From a virus, in the IMG/VR virus record IMGVR_UViG_3300028388_001285, positions 1-64,000 of that record: DNA of 64,000 nucleotides; one strand, given 5' to 3'. This document shows positions 18,912 to 31,200 of this stretch, piece by piece; position 1 is the stretch's first letter, and every line of letters begins with the position of its first letter. The notes under the pieces are model-generated. The model searched no databases. It was not told the DNA's origin and worked only from the letters and a program-made list of their open reading frames with translations. A program made the position numbers and the translations under genes.

Positions 18912-21295
18912 AAACATTATCATTTCCAAAACAAAGGCTGTCCTATAAGAAAAAGGTGAGGGATAACAATAAGTGGGCGAAGAATATGATTGACCACTTG
19001 TTAATGAATTATACTGTAGACACTGGCGACGGCACATTTAGCGGTTCCAATACACACAGGAAAAGGATGTTAACCAACTACAAGTTATTCAACAACCAAA
19101 TAGATCAAAAGGACTTTGAGCGCGAACTCAATCCTCTTGGAATTGAGGTAGGACAGTTTAAAGATAACATTGAGCCTTACAACAAGGCTTACAACAAAAT
19201 CCAAGTATTACTTGGTGAAGAATTAAAACGCCCATTGAACTTTAGAACTGTTCTAGTGAACAGTGACGGTATTAAATCCAAGCAGATGCATAAGGATATG
19301 ATGCTCAGGCAGTTCATAGAGGCGGATATACAGGCGACGATTCAACAGCTACAGACTGGGGAAGAGGTCGACCAAAGCCTATTTGAGGGAATAGTACCCC
19401 CTGAGGAGTTGCAGAAATACATGTCAACTACGTACTTAGAAGCCAGAGAGCATAAAGCCAACCAGATATTGAAGTATATGATCAAGTCACTCTCTGTAAA
19501 GGAGTTGATGAATGATGCATTTAAACATGCGTTGATATCAGGTATAGAATGTATGTGGGTAGGAGTGGAGAATGGTGAACCAACAGTTCAAGTACTGAAT
19601 CCACTAGGAGTATTTTGGCACAAATCCCCTGAAGTAAAGTATATACAGGATGGTTTGTATGCTGGGTATAGGACATTTATGACTGCTGGCGACATCTTAG
19701 ATAAGTTCGGACAGTACCTTGATGACAAAGACTTGAAGAAATTCGAGAATAGTGTACAAGGTATACACGGAATGCGGGACGACTTGGTAGGTAAACAGAT
19801 GAAATATCCCAATACTACTGTGTATGATACGTACATGAATACGTACTATAACGCTAATCATGACGAAGGATCGTATGGCAGAAGTAAAGGAGAGGACTGG
19901 TTAGTAGCTCACGTGGAATGGATGAGCCAGAAGCGAGTAGGTTTCGTTACCTATAAGGATGAAGACGGTCTTCCTAAGGATACTATAGTCGGAGAGGACT
20001 TTGTAGTACCACCACATGCTAAGAGAACAACCAAAAAAGGAGAGTTCGGCAAGAAAGAGACTGTGTGGGAGTTCGATGGCATCACCCTGAAGTGGGGTTG
20101 GATACCAGAACCTTGGACAGGCATACGTATAGGAGAGGATATATACTGTTGTATGGGCCCGAAGAAGTACGTGAAGCGAAGTATGGATAACCCATTTGAT
20201 GTGCAATTAGGTTATTACGGACTCACTTTAAACAATATGAATGCAGACAGTGTATCTCTGATGGATCGTATGAGACCCTTCCAGTACCTGTACTTCATCA
20301 TAATGCACAAACTAAAGAAACTTATTGCTAGGGATAGAGGCAAGTTATTCCATTTCGATACTAGTATGGTTGATCCAAAGATTGGATTAGAAAAAACTAT
20401 GTACTACCTAGAGGAGATGGATATAGACTTCTTTAACCCATTGCATAACGCAGAACAAGCTGGCTCGGCACAACGAGCTAAGGTAACTACCGCCACAGAC
20501 AGGTCTAATATGCAGCATATACTTAATTATATCAACCTGTTAGTAGCATTAGATGAGCAGATATCAGATGTAGCTGGAGTAACCAGGCAGCGTGAGGGGC
20601 AGATTCAACCCTCTGAAGCAGTCACTAACTCTCAGCAGACTATCATGCAATCATCTACTATCACTGAAGCAGCGTATTTCTTCCCGCATTTCAAAGTATG
20701 GGAACGTGTATTGAATGCATTAGTGAATGTAACACAGAGTTGCTGGAAGAATAAGTCAATATTAAAACAGTTTGTATTAGATGATCTATCTATACAGGCT
20801 CTGAAGCTGTCACCAGACGAGCTGAAGAACGCTGATTTTGGAGTATTCATCTCTAACTCTTCCAGAGACAACGAAGTATTTGAAAATTTACGTGGATTAG
20901 CCCAGCCGTTATTACAGAATGACAAAGCGAAGTTTACTGATATCATACGATTATTGAAATCGGAGTCTATCGGAGAACTGGAAAGTCAGATTGAACAGTC
21001 TGAGAAGAGTTCCATACAGCAGCAGATGCAGGAAATTCAAGCTCAGCAGGAGGCACAGAGAGAAGCTACACAAGCTCAAGTACAGTTACAACAGGCTGAA
21101 TGGGAGCACGAGAAAGACTTGCAAGCACAGAAAGATAATGCTGCAATGGAACGTGAGATCATCAAGGCTACTTCTTGAGGCGGAGACGTCAATGAAAACG
21201 AGGTTCCGGATGTATTGGAAATTGCTAAATTCCAGAACCAAAGCCGATGAAAGGGCAGCAGAAGCCATCTAATGGCGAAAAATAATCCGCTATAG
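18905..21295 (+). CDS. portal protein
   Basis: crAss-like portal (FPKQRLS start, SLMDRMRPFQYLY, GVTRQREGQ); reading through TGA 21176 adds a DVNENEVPDVLE tail; exact C-terminus uncertain. Confidence 0.92.
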
Positions 21296-21363
21296 AAAAC
21301 AGCCGTACTTTCGTTTAGCATATCATTTTATTTTGATTATAGAATTTAAAATTCGACATTTGT

Positions 21364-22548
21364 ATGAGTGAGAATGTACAACACAACGTTTCACTAGAAG
21401 ATCTTGTAGGCTTTCTGGATGGGGAACCAACCGAAACTACATACAGGTCTGCTAACTTAGGTGTTGACCCTACAGAGGGAGACCCCGCACCAGCGGCTGA
21501 TCCCACACCTGTGGAACCAAAGGAGGACAAAGATCCTATTGAGCCGGTAGAACCTAAACCGGCTGAACCAACTCCTGAGAAAGATCCTGAACCAGTTGAA
21601 CCCACCCCTACCGAACCCACTACCAAAGAACCTAAACCGGATGGTGATGCAGGCGATCCTGCCCCAACCGATGGCATTAACTACGAGGCATTGTTCTCGC
21701 TGCTAGATGACATGGGGGCTTTAAGTGTGGGAGAAGATTTCGAGTTTGACGGTACCCCTGAAGGTATACAGGAAGCTTTAAAAGCTACTGATACCAGTAA
21801 ACAGGAGGTAATCGCCAAGCAAATATGGGAAGGTATCCCCGAAGATTTCAGGGATGCTGTATTATATGGTGTAAATCAAGGTGGAAGTTTTGAGGATTAC
21901 GTTAAAGCCACAATCCCAAAGACTCTGGATCAACTAGATTTAGATACCAAGGTGGATCAGCGTAAAGCGATAACACTATGGTACAAGGAAACCACACAAC
22001 ATAGCGATGAAAAGATCGAACGACTTCTAGATAGATTGGAGGCTTCCGATGCATTAGCAGAGGCAGCCGCAGAATCAGTAGAAGAGTTAGAAGATATCTA
22101 CGCTAAGAGGAAAAAGGACGTAGCAGCTACTGCTGCAAAAGCCAGAGAAGCTCAGATCGAGGAACAGACGCGCTGGCAAAACGAAATAAAAGACAAGATT
22201 CAGTCTGCTGACTTCTTACGAGGTCGGCGAAAGAATAAGATCGCAGGGTTTATGTTCAACCCTGTAACTGTCGGTGATTCAACCCTCACCGGATGAGCGC
22301 GAACTCTTACCCAGATTGACAAAAATCCCGAACATACTTTACAATTAGCTAACTTGCTATTTGACTATGATCCTAAAAAAGGTGTCAACTACGATAGGAT
22401 TACAGAAGAATTGCATTCACAAGCAACTAAGAGCTTCAGAGAAAAACTGGACTCTGTAATTGATGCTAAGTCTAAGGTAACAGGAAAGGGTAGCGCAACG
22501 TCCCAACCAGAATGGAACTGGGACATATTTATTAAACAAAATGATTAA
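21364..22548 (+). CDS. putative capsid scaffolding/assembly protein (1 in-frame TGA at 22294)
   Basis: acidic Pro/Glu-rich N-terminus; lies between portal and MCP; the two track ORFs fuse in frame. Confidence 0.8.
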
Positions 22549-22579
22549 TACCAATTTTTAGAAACAATCGTATTTAAAC

Positions 22580-24052
22580 ATGGCAACGACTAGAAGTCAG
22601 TTTATTATTAAACATTACGAAGGTTTCGGTGGTAACTTTATTGATTCTCAATACTTAGGCGCTTCTTACGAGACTGGCAAACCTCACGTATTTGAAAACA
22701 CTCTTATGAAGATCTACTCTTCTAAGAATCGCTTCTTTACGGGTAAGTTGCTTCTTGGCATGACCGGAGCGAAATCATACGGTACTGAAGAAATCGACAC
22801 CGAAATTTATCGCTGGCGTCTGCAAGGAGCAGAGGAAAGGTATGCGCGTTCATTGGAACACATTGACGCTTCTAACACTACCCCTGGTCTTAACGGAACA
22901 ACTTTCAAGATCAAATTGGATCTTGATTACTATGCCAACCCAGATGTATTGATGCCAGAAGATAATGATTTCCCATTGGAGATCGTTGATGGCCCAGTAC
23001 AAGATGGCGAAGGTTATATCTACACTGTTAGACTCCAAGGAGATGACCCAACAACCTTCCTGCCTACCTACTTGTTAGATGAAGGAAGAGAGTTCAACAA
23101 GGTTTGGACAAGCGTACCCAGTGAATACAACGAACGGTTTGGTACCCAACAGTACCCTGCAAGCTTTATGCTTGAGAACCAAGTTGGAGCATTCGCTCAG
23201 AAATTCACTGTTACAGATAAAGCAATGAGAGACGACGGACGTCTCGGTATCAATTTCTTATACACTGATCCTCGTACTAACAAGGAAATGAGTGTAGAGA
23301 AATTCCTGCCTATGGCTGAAGCTAAGATGCACGACGAACTGTATATGGGCATGGAAGCTCAATTATGGTACGGACGTAAGCAGACTAAGCCAGGTCACAA
23401 GGATTACTGGATCAAGACTGGTTCAGGATTAAGAGAACAATTAGCCGATTCATGGATCGAGTACTACAACTCAGTACTTACCGTTAATCGTCTGAAAGAC
23501 TACCTGATGGATATCTTCTTCACACGGGAAGATGAGCCGAATAGAAAGGTAGTAGCTATGACTGGTACACTTGGATCTATCATGTTCCATGACATGTTAG
23601 CAGTTGAAGCTTCCTCTTTCCTGACTGTGGATACAAACTTTACACAACAGTTAAGTTCTAACCCACGTCACCTGTCTTTCGGTGCGCAATTTACGCACTA
23701 TCAAGGACCAGAAGGTATCGAGGTAACCTTGGTCAAGAACCCACTCTATGATTCACGGAAGTACTGCAAGCGTATGCACCCGCAGTATCCTGAATTCCCA
23801 ATTGATTCCATGCGGATGACATTTTTGGACTTCGGATCACAAGAGAAAGCTGGTAACATTATGATGCTTAAGGTCAAAGACACTTACCGTTACGGTTACG
23901 TAATGGGAACTGTTGGACCGAATGGCCCCGTTAAAGGTGGACAAGCTGGTGCTCTGATTGCAGGGTACGACATGTTTACTGAAGGCACCGCAGGTGTCTG
24001 CGTGAAAGATGTTACTCGTTGTGGTGAATTGATCTATGACGACCAATACTAG
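22580..24052 (+). CDS. major capsid protein
   Basis: 490 aa in the crAss-like position; YRWRLQG, GSGLREQL, FGAQFTHYQGPEGIEVTL motifs. Confidence 0.92.
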   Translation: MATTRSQFIIKHYEGFGGNFIDSQYLGASYETGKPHVFENTLMKIYSSKNRFFTGKLLLGMTGAKSYGTEEIDTEIYRWRLQGAEERYARSLEHIDASNTTPGLNGTTFKIKLDLDYYANPDVLMPEDNDFPLEIVDGPVQDGEGYIYTVRLQGDDPTTFLPTYLLDEGREFNKVWTSVPSEYNERFGTQQYPASFMLENQVGAFAQKFTVTDKAMRDDGRLGINFLYTDPRTNKEMSVEKFLPMAEAKMHDELYMGMEAQLWYGRKQTKPGHKDYWIKTGSGLREQLADSWIEYYNSVLTVNRLKDYLMDIFFTREDEPNRKVVAMTGTLGSIMFHDMLAVEASSFLTVDTNFTQQLSSNPRHLSFGAQFTHYQGPEGIEVTLVKNPLYDSRKYCKRMHPQYPEFPIDSMRMTFLDFGSQEKAGNIMMLKVKDTYRYGYVMGTVGPNGPVKGGQAGALIAGYDMFTEGTAGVCVKDVTRCGELIYDDQY

Positions 24053-24055
24053 AAA

Positions 24056-24152
24056 ATAAGGAGTGCTAGGTCTAGCGACCGATTAGTGCTACCAGTGATC
24101 GTATAGCTTGCGTTCGTTGTTAGTAGTAGTTATGGGGCTAGCCTAGTTCTTA
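24056..24152 (+). other. long irregular RNA hairpin after the MCP gene
   Basis: outer stem TAAGGAG..CTAGG.CTAGC/GCTAGCCTAG.TTCTTA; inner stem CAGTGAT-CGTA/TGCG-TTCGTTG. Confidence 0.55.
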
Positions 24153-24165
24153 CCAACCGAAAAAT

Positions 24166-24747
24166 ATGACCGGAATTGTTGAATTAGGATTAGCGATTAT
24201 ATCCGGGGGTGTAATAACCGCCGTATTTAACTATTTCATCAGTAGGCAAAAAGTCAAATCTGATGTTTTCGCACAAGTAGTAGAGACCTGGAGACAAGAT
24301 AATGAACGTCTTAGAGCCAAAGAAGCTATGCTAGTGCAGAAAATAGATGAGTTGAAGTCAGCCTTGGATGAGTTAAAGTTTAAGTTCCAGCTATTCCAAA
24401 CGGCTCAAATGTCATTACCAGTACCTATGTGGATTAAGGATTTATCCGGAAGGATGTTAGCTTTGAACGATGCGTACGTGGAAATGATATTAGACTCAAT
24501 GAACCTTGAGGTGTCCGACTATATAGGCAAGTTCGATAGGGATATATGGCCTAAAGAGGTTGCTGTTCACTTTAAGGAACACGACAATACTGTTAAGTTA
24601 ACCGGTAAAGCTCAGATGTTCTCTGAGACCTTCAATCTTAATGGACAAGAAACTACTTGGAGGGTTATCAAATACCCAAGATTCTTCGACGGAAAGATCG
24701 TCGGGATAGCTGGTATTGCGATACCGCCTCCCGATTTTTTATTTTAA
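24166..24747 (+). CDS. membrane-anchored PAS-domain protein
   Basis: N-terminal TM helix, coiled coil, then PVPMWIKDLSGRMLALNDAY...YIGKFDRDIWP...VIKYP...GKIVGIAGIA (PAS_4-like). Confidence 0.8.
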   Translation: MTGIVELGLAIISGGVITAVFNYFISRQKVKSDVFAQVVETWRQDNERLRAKEAMLVQKIDELKSALDELKFKFQLFQTAQMSLPVPMWIKDLSGRMLALNDAYVEMILDSMNLEVSDYIGKFDRDIWPKEVAVHFKEHDNTVKLTGKAQMFSETFNLNGQETTWRVIKYPRFFDGKIVGIAGIAIPPPDFLF

Positions 24748-24806
24748 TACCTTATTTATAACAATAAGGGACTTCTAAACTAACAAGAAGTAAAAATTTA
24801 GGAATT

Positions 24807-25653
24807 ATGGCAAGTGTAAGTAAAAAAGTATTTATCTATTCGATCCCTAGGGAAACCGCTACTAAGGTTTCTGAGTGGGTCAACTCTTCTTCTGGAAAGA
24901 AAATGCAGAAGACAAGATAAATTGGAATTAAAGTGGAACTTGGAGAAAGGTTACCTTACTAACAGACCCTGGAAGAAGGGCGACTCTATCCGTGAAGAAG
25001 ATATGACCTACTTTCAACGTAAGTCATGGAAACTGAATGATGGTTCTACTATGTTAGACTTAGGAAACTTTGATGATGAAATGTTTTATTACATGGCATT
25101 GGATTCTAAGTTTATCGCTAACTCTGAGAAGGAATGGAGAGGGCATAAATGGCCCAAAGCCACCCACTATATAGCAATTGAAAATGAAGCTGATGAGATT
25201 AAGTACAGAAAGAGCCGAGTGAAGACGAAAGCTTTTGCTATGCTTGAGTCTGATGACTTAACTCCCAGCATGAAAGAAAAGTTCTGCGCTATACTTGGAC
25301 TTATATCTTCGAATTCGAAGGTAACAGAGGAGCAGACCCACAATTTATTGTTTGATTGGATTGAACAATCTGACTATAGACCTGGTTCGAACATAGATAA
25401 ACTCACCGAATTAACTACTCTATTAGAAACTGCTACTGGCAGAGAGGATATCGAGGCTAGATATACGTTGAAACGTGCGATAGATAATCGTGTTGTATTT
25501 GAAAAACAAGGTGGTTACACCTGGAACAAGGCGACAGGAGCTATTGTACTTGGAGATACGTATGCGGAAGCCATTGAGTTCTTCTTGAATCCGAAGAAGC
25601 AAGCTCTGGTAGAAGAGTTAGAAGAAGAAATAAAAGCTAAAACTATAGTATAA
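24807..25653 (+). CDS. conserved crAss-like virion-module protein, split by an apparent frameshift/deletion near 24912-24921
   Basis: 37-codon ORF from a good ATG (24807-24920, TAA) abuts a +1-frame ORF (QDKLELKW..., to 25653) that has only a TTG start. Confidence 0.6.
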
Positions 25654-26372
25654 TGACTATACGTGAAATGGGTTATGATTTTGATCTGAAGATTGACAAG
25701 GTAGCGTCCTTCTCAAAAGAAGATTTTAACGTAGCTGAGAAAGATTGGTTACTTAATGAGGCGCAGAATGTCTTTATCAAGACTCGATATGGAATGCATA
25801 ACTCGTATGGGTTTGGGTTCGAAGTAACTCAAAAACGTATAGATGATTTATCTAAGTTGGTTGTGAAGTTTCCTTTGCAGCCGGCGCTCGTACCTACTCT
25901 GAACGAGGGCATCTATGAGGTATCCTTGTCTCAGCTAGCGTACGATTATATGTTTTTTATTAGGGGGCAAGCTCTGGTGGATAAAGAATGCTCAAAATGG
26001 GCATCACTCAACCTGGTGCAACATGATGATCTGAATCATCTACTATGCGATCCCTTTAATGATCCGGATGAAAAGGAAGTCCCATTTAATTTCGGGCGTT
26101 CCACGTCTGTTGAAAATGCGGCTTCTATCTATATTTATCCTGGGCAGCTAACAATCTATGAGGTTAAGTTGGAGTACATTCAACACCCGCCCAGATTGAA
26201 CTCTGGAGGCTATGTGTACATCGACAACATAACCTATCCTGAACAGGATTGCATGTTGGCTGAACATACTCATCCCGAAATTGTGGATATAGCTGTAGCT
26301 ATAGCATCCGGTATAATAGAGCATCCTGATTATGTGAGTATAAAGAACATGAAATTAAAGGCTCACGAATAA
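25653..26372 (+). CDS. tail ring / head-tail adaptor protein
   Basis: EKDWLLNEAQ...FEVTQKRIDDL...LAEHTHPEIVDIAV motifs typical of crAss ring proteins. Confidence 0.8.
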   Translation: MTIREMGYDFDLKIDKVASFSKEDFNVAEKDWLLNEAQNVFIKTRYGMHNSYGFGFEVTQKRIDDLSKLVVKFPLQPALVPTLNEGIYEVSLSQLAYDYMFFIRGQALVDKECSKWASLNLVQHDDLNHLLCDPFNDPDEKEVPFNFGRSTSVENAASIYIYPGQLTIYEVKLEYIQHPPRLNSGGYVYIDNITYPEQDCMLAEHTHPEIVDIAVAIASGIIEHPDYVSIKNMKLKAHE

Positions 26373-26397
26373 TTAGAATAAATTAAATTAATTAATA

Positions 26398-27759
26398 ATG
26401 TATAATAGACAAAACAACAAACGCGCTGTAGAGACGTATTTGGTAGGTGCCGCAAATGGTACTTTCTACAATACTGCTGGAAATGGCAACCATATCAATA
26501 ACTCCACTACTGGAGCTTGTGTGTTAGCTGATGGAGCTATTGGCGTATTTGATGGAAGTGGTTGGGGTTCAGCTGGCCTTAATGTGGCTACTGTTGCTAC
26601 TCCTACTGTAACAACTTCCCCTGTGATATATATTGCGCAAGGTACTGCCTATTCATCCAACCCTGCTCAGCATCCTGGTGCTAAATTCCCACTCTGGAAC
26701 GAACCTTATGTACGTTCAGCGGATATCAATGGAAACAATTGGATTGTTGCTACTAAGCAAGACTACGTTGCTCCATTACACGAAGTATGGCTGGTTGGAG
26801 ATGATTCCGGTACGGGAGTTATCACGGCTAGTGATGAGACTGAATATACAATTTCAGTAGCATATCGTGGACGTATCGCGGATGAGTTGTACTCAAGTGA
26901 AGCTGCTGCTCACTCTAAGTTCAGTGTAACCACCCCGAACTTTACTGCTCTGTCAACTGCTGAACCAGTGGATTGGCTGATCCAGAATTTAGTTTGGAAC
27001 ATCAACCGTAACTCACGGGCAATCGCTATGAATCGTACCCGTTTCCGGGGCAACGATCCTATCGTAGCTTTTGCAGTAAATACTTCTGGTACAGACGGTA
27101 CCGACATTAGTGGATTGAATGCTGCTGGTGGAGAATTCCTGCCTGTAGTTAATACTACCTTTGGCACTCGTGGAATCAACACCACTATCGCTAACGTAGC
27201 TTCATTGAAAGCTGCTGCTGATGCAACCCCAATCCCAGCTGATTCTCATATTCTTACTGCTGATATTACTACTGCTGGTACTGCTACTGGCGGCGTAGCT
27301 GATGCTATCCTGATCATGGCACTTGACCGTGCTGAAGCTTGGGAAGATCGGATTCAACAGAAGAAGTACTACCTTGACGTAGCGCTGAGAACTGGGTTTG
27401 ACTACAACTTAGTCAACCTGTCACGGGAAGTTGCTGGACGCGAAGGTGAAGGTCAAGGCGCTAAGCTTGATCGTATGTACAGAAATACTCACGGACAACG
27501 TAAGTATAATCTGGATCACACCGAAGATCCTGTAACTGAATTTCCGTCACCATTTGTTACTACAACAAATTATGACCAATATATTCTCGAACATGTAGAT
27601 GTCAATCAGATTGACACTTCTAACATTAGCGAATCACCGAAGAAAACAATCGTGTGTTTCCCAGCCGGCGATTCTCAGGGTACTGCATTTGAAAACTGCA
27701 TTGCTAACTGGCTCGCAACTGCTCCTGCGGGAGCAAACGCTTGGAAAACGCATAGCTAG
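26398..27759 (+). CDS. virion structural protein (auxiliary capsid protein-like)
   Basis: 453 aa; position after the ring protein in crAss-like gene order; GEGQG motif near the C-terminus. Confidence 0.6.
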   Translation: MYNRQNNKRAVETYLVGAANGTFYNTAGNGNHINNSTTGACVLADGAIGVFDGSGWGSAGLNVATVATPTVTTSPVIYIAQGTAYSSNPAQHPGAKFPLWNEPYVRSADINGNNWIVATKQDYVAPLHEVWLVGDDSGTGVITASDETEYTISVAYRGRIADELYSSEAAAHSKFSVTTPNFTALSTAEPVDWLIQNLVWNINRNSRAIAMNRTRFRGNDPIVAFAVNTSGTDGTDISGLNAAGGEFLPVVNTTFGTRGINTTIANVASLKAAADATPIPADSHILTADITTAGTATGGVADAILIMALDRAEAWEDRIQQKKYYLDVALRTGFDYNLVNLSREVAGREGEGQGAKLDRMYRNTHGQRKYNLDHTEDPVTEFPSPFVTTTNYDQYILEHVDVNQIDTSNISESPKKTIVCFPAGDSQGTAFENCIANWLATAPAGANAWKTHS

Positions 27760-27771
27760 AAATTAGTAGTT

Positions 27772-28224
27772 ATGTCTTGTGAAATCAACGAATACTCTTC
27801 TCACGATTTCAATATTGTCAGCAAAGGCGACTGTGATCCTTGTCCAAGAGACACTGTTCTTGAGGTCAAGGATTCCGCCTTTGTAACTGACTTACAGGCA
27901 TTCTATGCCCCTACTAGACTGTACTTTCCAGCTTCTAGTGTGCAAAGTCCTAAGGACGGAGCAATACTAATAGAACTGTACAAAGACGCGACAGTTTACT
28001 GGAAATACCGATACGGGGACGATACTTGAATCCTCGTAGGTATAAAACGCGACGATGCGTATGAGTCTTTGGATGTCTCAGATCTAGACCACTGTTTTAC
28101 AAAAGATGATGAGGGGGGTGACCCAGACGGAGATTTAGCTTGCTATATGTTGGAGATGATTACATGTGATTGTCACGTGTACTTGGAATACTCTTCAGAT
28201 CTAGACTGCACCCTATTAACCTAA
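27772..28224 (+). CDS. Cys-rich structural protein (1 in-frame TGA at 28027)
   Basis: read-through extends the ORF to TAA, 4 nt before the next ATG. Confidence 0.7.
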
Positions 28225-28228
28225 CCAA

Positions 28229-31200
28229 ATGGCCGGAATTAGAAAATACTTGTATATAACGGATATATCAGCTTGCGACTGAAAGTCGTGTAGTGCTGGA
28301 GCTCTGCGTATTAAACAGTTTACGTTTATAAACGATGAGACTGGAAGTAACGCACCTGCTGTAAGTGCGCCGAATACACTGCCTACATCTCCTGCTGATG
28401 AGGCTGTCCTAATTGAAACTTGGGATGACATTACCCGTTACTGGGAATACAATTGCGGTACTGGTACATGGTCACATGTATTAGATATTGCGCTGGGTGC
28501 TACTACAACGTTTGTGGCGCTGACAGATACCCCTAGCTCCTTTACTGGAGAAGGGGATAAGTACGTTAAGGTGAATACTGGGGCAACTGCCTTAGAATTC
28601 TCGAACATAACTGCATCTGAAGTTGTGTCAGTACCATATGGTGTATTAACTTCCACTAATGTGCAGGATGCTCTCAATGAGATACAGACAAACGTAGATA
28701 GTTTAAGCACTAACTTTACTTTCATAGATCTAGACGATACTCCTGCAACCTATAATGGTTCTGCGGCTGATATAGTCAGAACTAATGTAACTAATACCGG
28801 GTTGGAATTCCACACACTAACCAAGTCAGATCTTGGTTTGGGCAATGTAGAGAATACAGCATTGTCAACTTGGGCTGGAAGTACGAACATAACTACAGTA
28901 GGAACTATAGGAGCTGGTACATGGCAAGGTACAGCAATAGCTGATGCCTATGTATCTGGGGCTGCGTACTGGGATAGCAAGCAAGATGGATTAACCTTCG
29001 GCATTGCAGATACTAACACAGTAGTTATAAATGCTACAGATGTAGCTGCTTTAGACTATGCACAGTTCACTGTACAAGGTCTGAGAGGTAGGGATACATC
29101 TGAAGTCAAACAAGATCTCAGCCTAGAGAATGTAGCTAACGTAGATATAACTACGGTAACTGACGTATCTAGTTATGGCTGGGTACTAGATGAAGACGCA
29201 ATGTCTTCAGACGACGACACAAAAGTTCCAACACAACAATCAGTTAAGGCGTATGTGGACGCAGCTGTAGTTGGAATATATACACACAAGGGAAGCTACG
29301 ATGCTGCAACTAACACACCTGACTTAGATACTAGCCCAAGCGGAATCTCTAAAGGCGATGCTTATACAGTATCTGTTGCAGGTACATTTTTCACAGAAGC
29401 TGTAGAAATAGGTGATGTATTAATAGCAGATCAAGACTCCCCCACACTTCTTAGTCACTGGACTAGGATAAACAAGAACATTGACGTAGCCACTACAACC
29501 TCAGCAGGTATTGTAGAGTTAGCTACTGATGGAGAAGTCGCTGCCAACGTAGCTGTACAGGGTAATGACTCACGATTAAGTGATGCTAGAACTCCAGTAG
29601 CGCATACACATAGCACGAGCGATATCACTAGTGGTACGTTCGACAATGCTAGAATTGCGGAAAGTAATGTAACGCAACACGTAGCGGCTATAGATCACGG
29701 CTCCCTAGCTGGAGTCAGTGACGATGACCATACTATGTACACTAGAGCTGATGGTACTAGGGACTTTAGTGCAACAGTGAGCTACGCCTCACACCCTACC
29801 TTCACCTCTGATACCGAACTGGTAGATAAGAAATATGTAGACGACGAGGTAATAGCTTCTGGAGGCTACAATGACGAAAGCGCGCAGGATGCCATAGGCA
29901 CTATACTGTTAGATAGTTCCGAAATTGACTTTACGTATGATGACGGTACTCCAAGTATAACTGCAACATTAGTGAACAGTAGTATCGACGAAACCAAGTT
30001 AGATGTAAGTGTGAATGCTAGTTTAGATTTAGCCGACACTTCACTACAATCTGGTGACAATATTTCTGTACTAACTAATGATTCAGGGTACTTAACCGGT
30101 AACGAGAGTATTACTCTGACCGGAGACCTCAGCGGGACTGGCACCACCTCAATTAATGCGAGCCTTGCTGCTGACACAGTAGGTGTTAGTGAATTGAATA
30201 CCACTGGTACCCCAGACGGAACGAAGTTCCTTAGGGACGATATGACCTGGGTTACAGTAAGTACTTCCGAGAGTAATGACTTGGCAACTGACGGTGTGAC
30301 CGGAATAGCTGACGATCAACTAGTGGTAGGTACTGCGAGTGGTACAGCCGCTTATAAAACATTAACTTCAGGAATACTAACTTATGACACTACGACAAAT
30401 AATTTTACGTCTATTACTGATAGCAGTTCTAATTGGGACGCTGCCTATACTCATGTTAGTAATAATGGTACTGACCATGCTTACATTGACCAAGACGTCA
30501 CTAGTACTGGTACTCCTACTTTTGCTTCTGTTGACGTAGGAAACACGGGACTCACAGTAGGTACTTCTGTACCATTCTCTGATTCAAGTGGAACGTTGAC
30601 GTTACAGAATGTGGATGCAATCGACGCAACCACCGAGAGTACATTAGAAGCGGCCCTAGATCATAATAGTCTGCAAGGTTTAACTACAGGAGATCCACAC
30701 ACGCAGTATTCATTAGTAGATGGTTCAAGAGATTATACTGCTAAGGTAGCTTATTCCGCACACCCCACATTCACAGCTGACACTGAAATAGTGGACAAGA
30801 AGTATGTGGACGACGCTATAACAGCCGGTGGAGGATACACCGATGAAGATGCACAAGATGCAGTTGCTACTGCACTTACTGATACTAGTGAGATAGCTTG
30901 GACATATGCCGACATAGCTGGTGAGATCACAGCCGACATTGTAGCTGGCAGTATAGATGAGACTAAACTCGACACTAGTGTGAACGCTAGTTTAGATTTA
31001 GCGGACTCAGCCCTACAGTCGGGAGATAGTGTATCTGATCTAACCAATGATGCTGGGTATTTACTATCTACGGACATAGACACATTAGCGGAATTGAACG
31101 CTATTGTAGGTGACGCTACACTAATTGACACTACTGATAGTAGGTTGTCAGATGCTAGAACACCTACGGCACACAACCACACAGCGTCAGAGATTACTGA

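Noticed and set aside
21470-21670. Repetitive DNA as a possible CRISPR array or tandem repeat
   Set aside because: It encodes a Pro/Glu/Thr low-complexity linker and has no fixed repeat-spacer structure.
29725-31065. DGR template/variable repeat pair
   Set aside because: The copies are both in frame inside one gene, differences are not adenine-specific, and no reverse transcriptase is present in the window.
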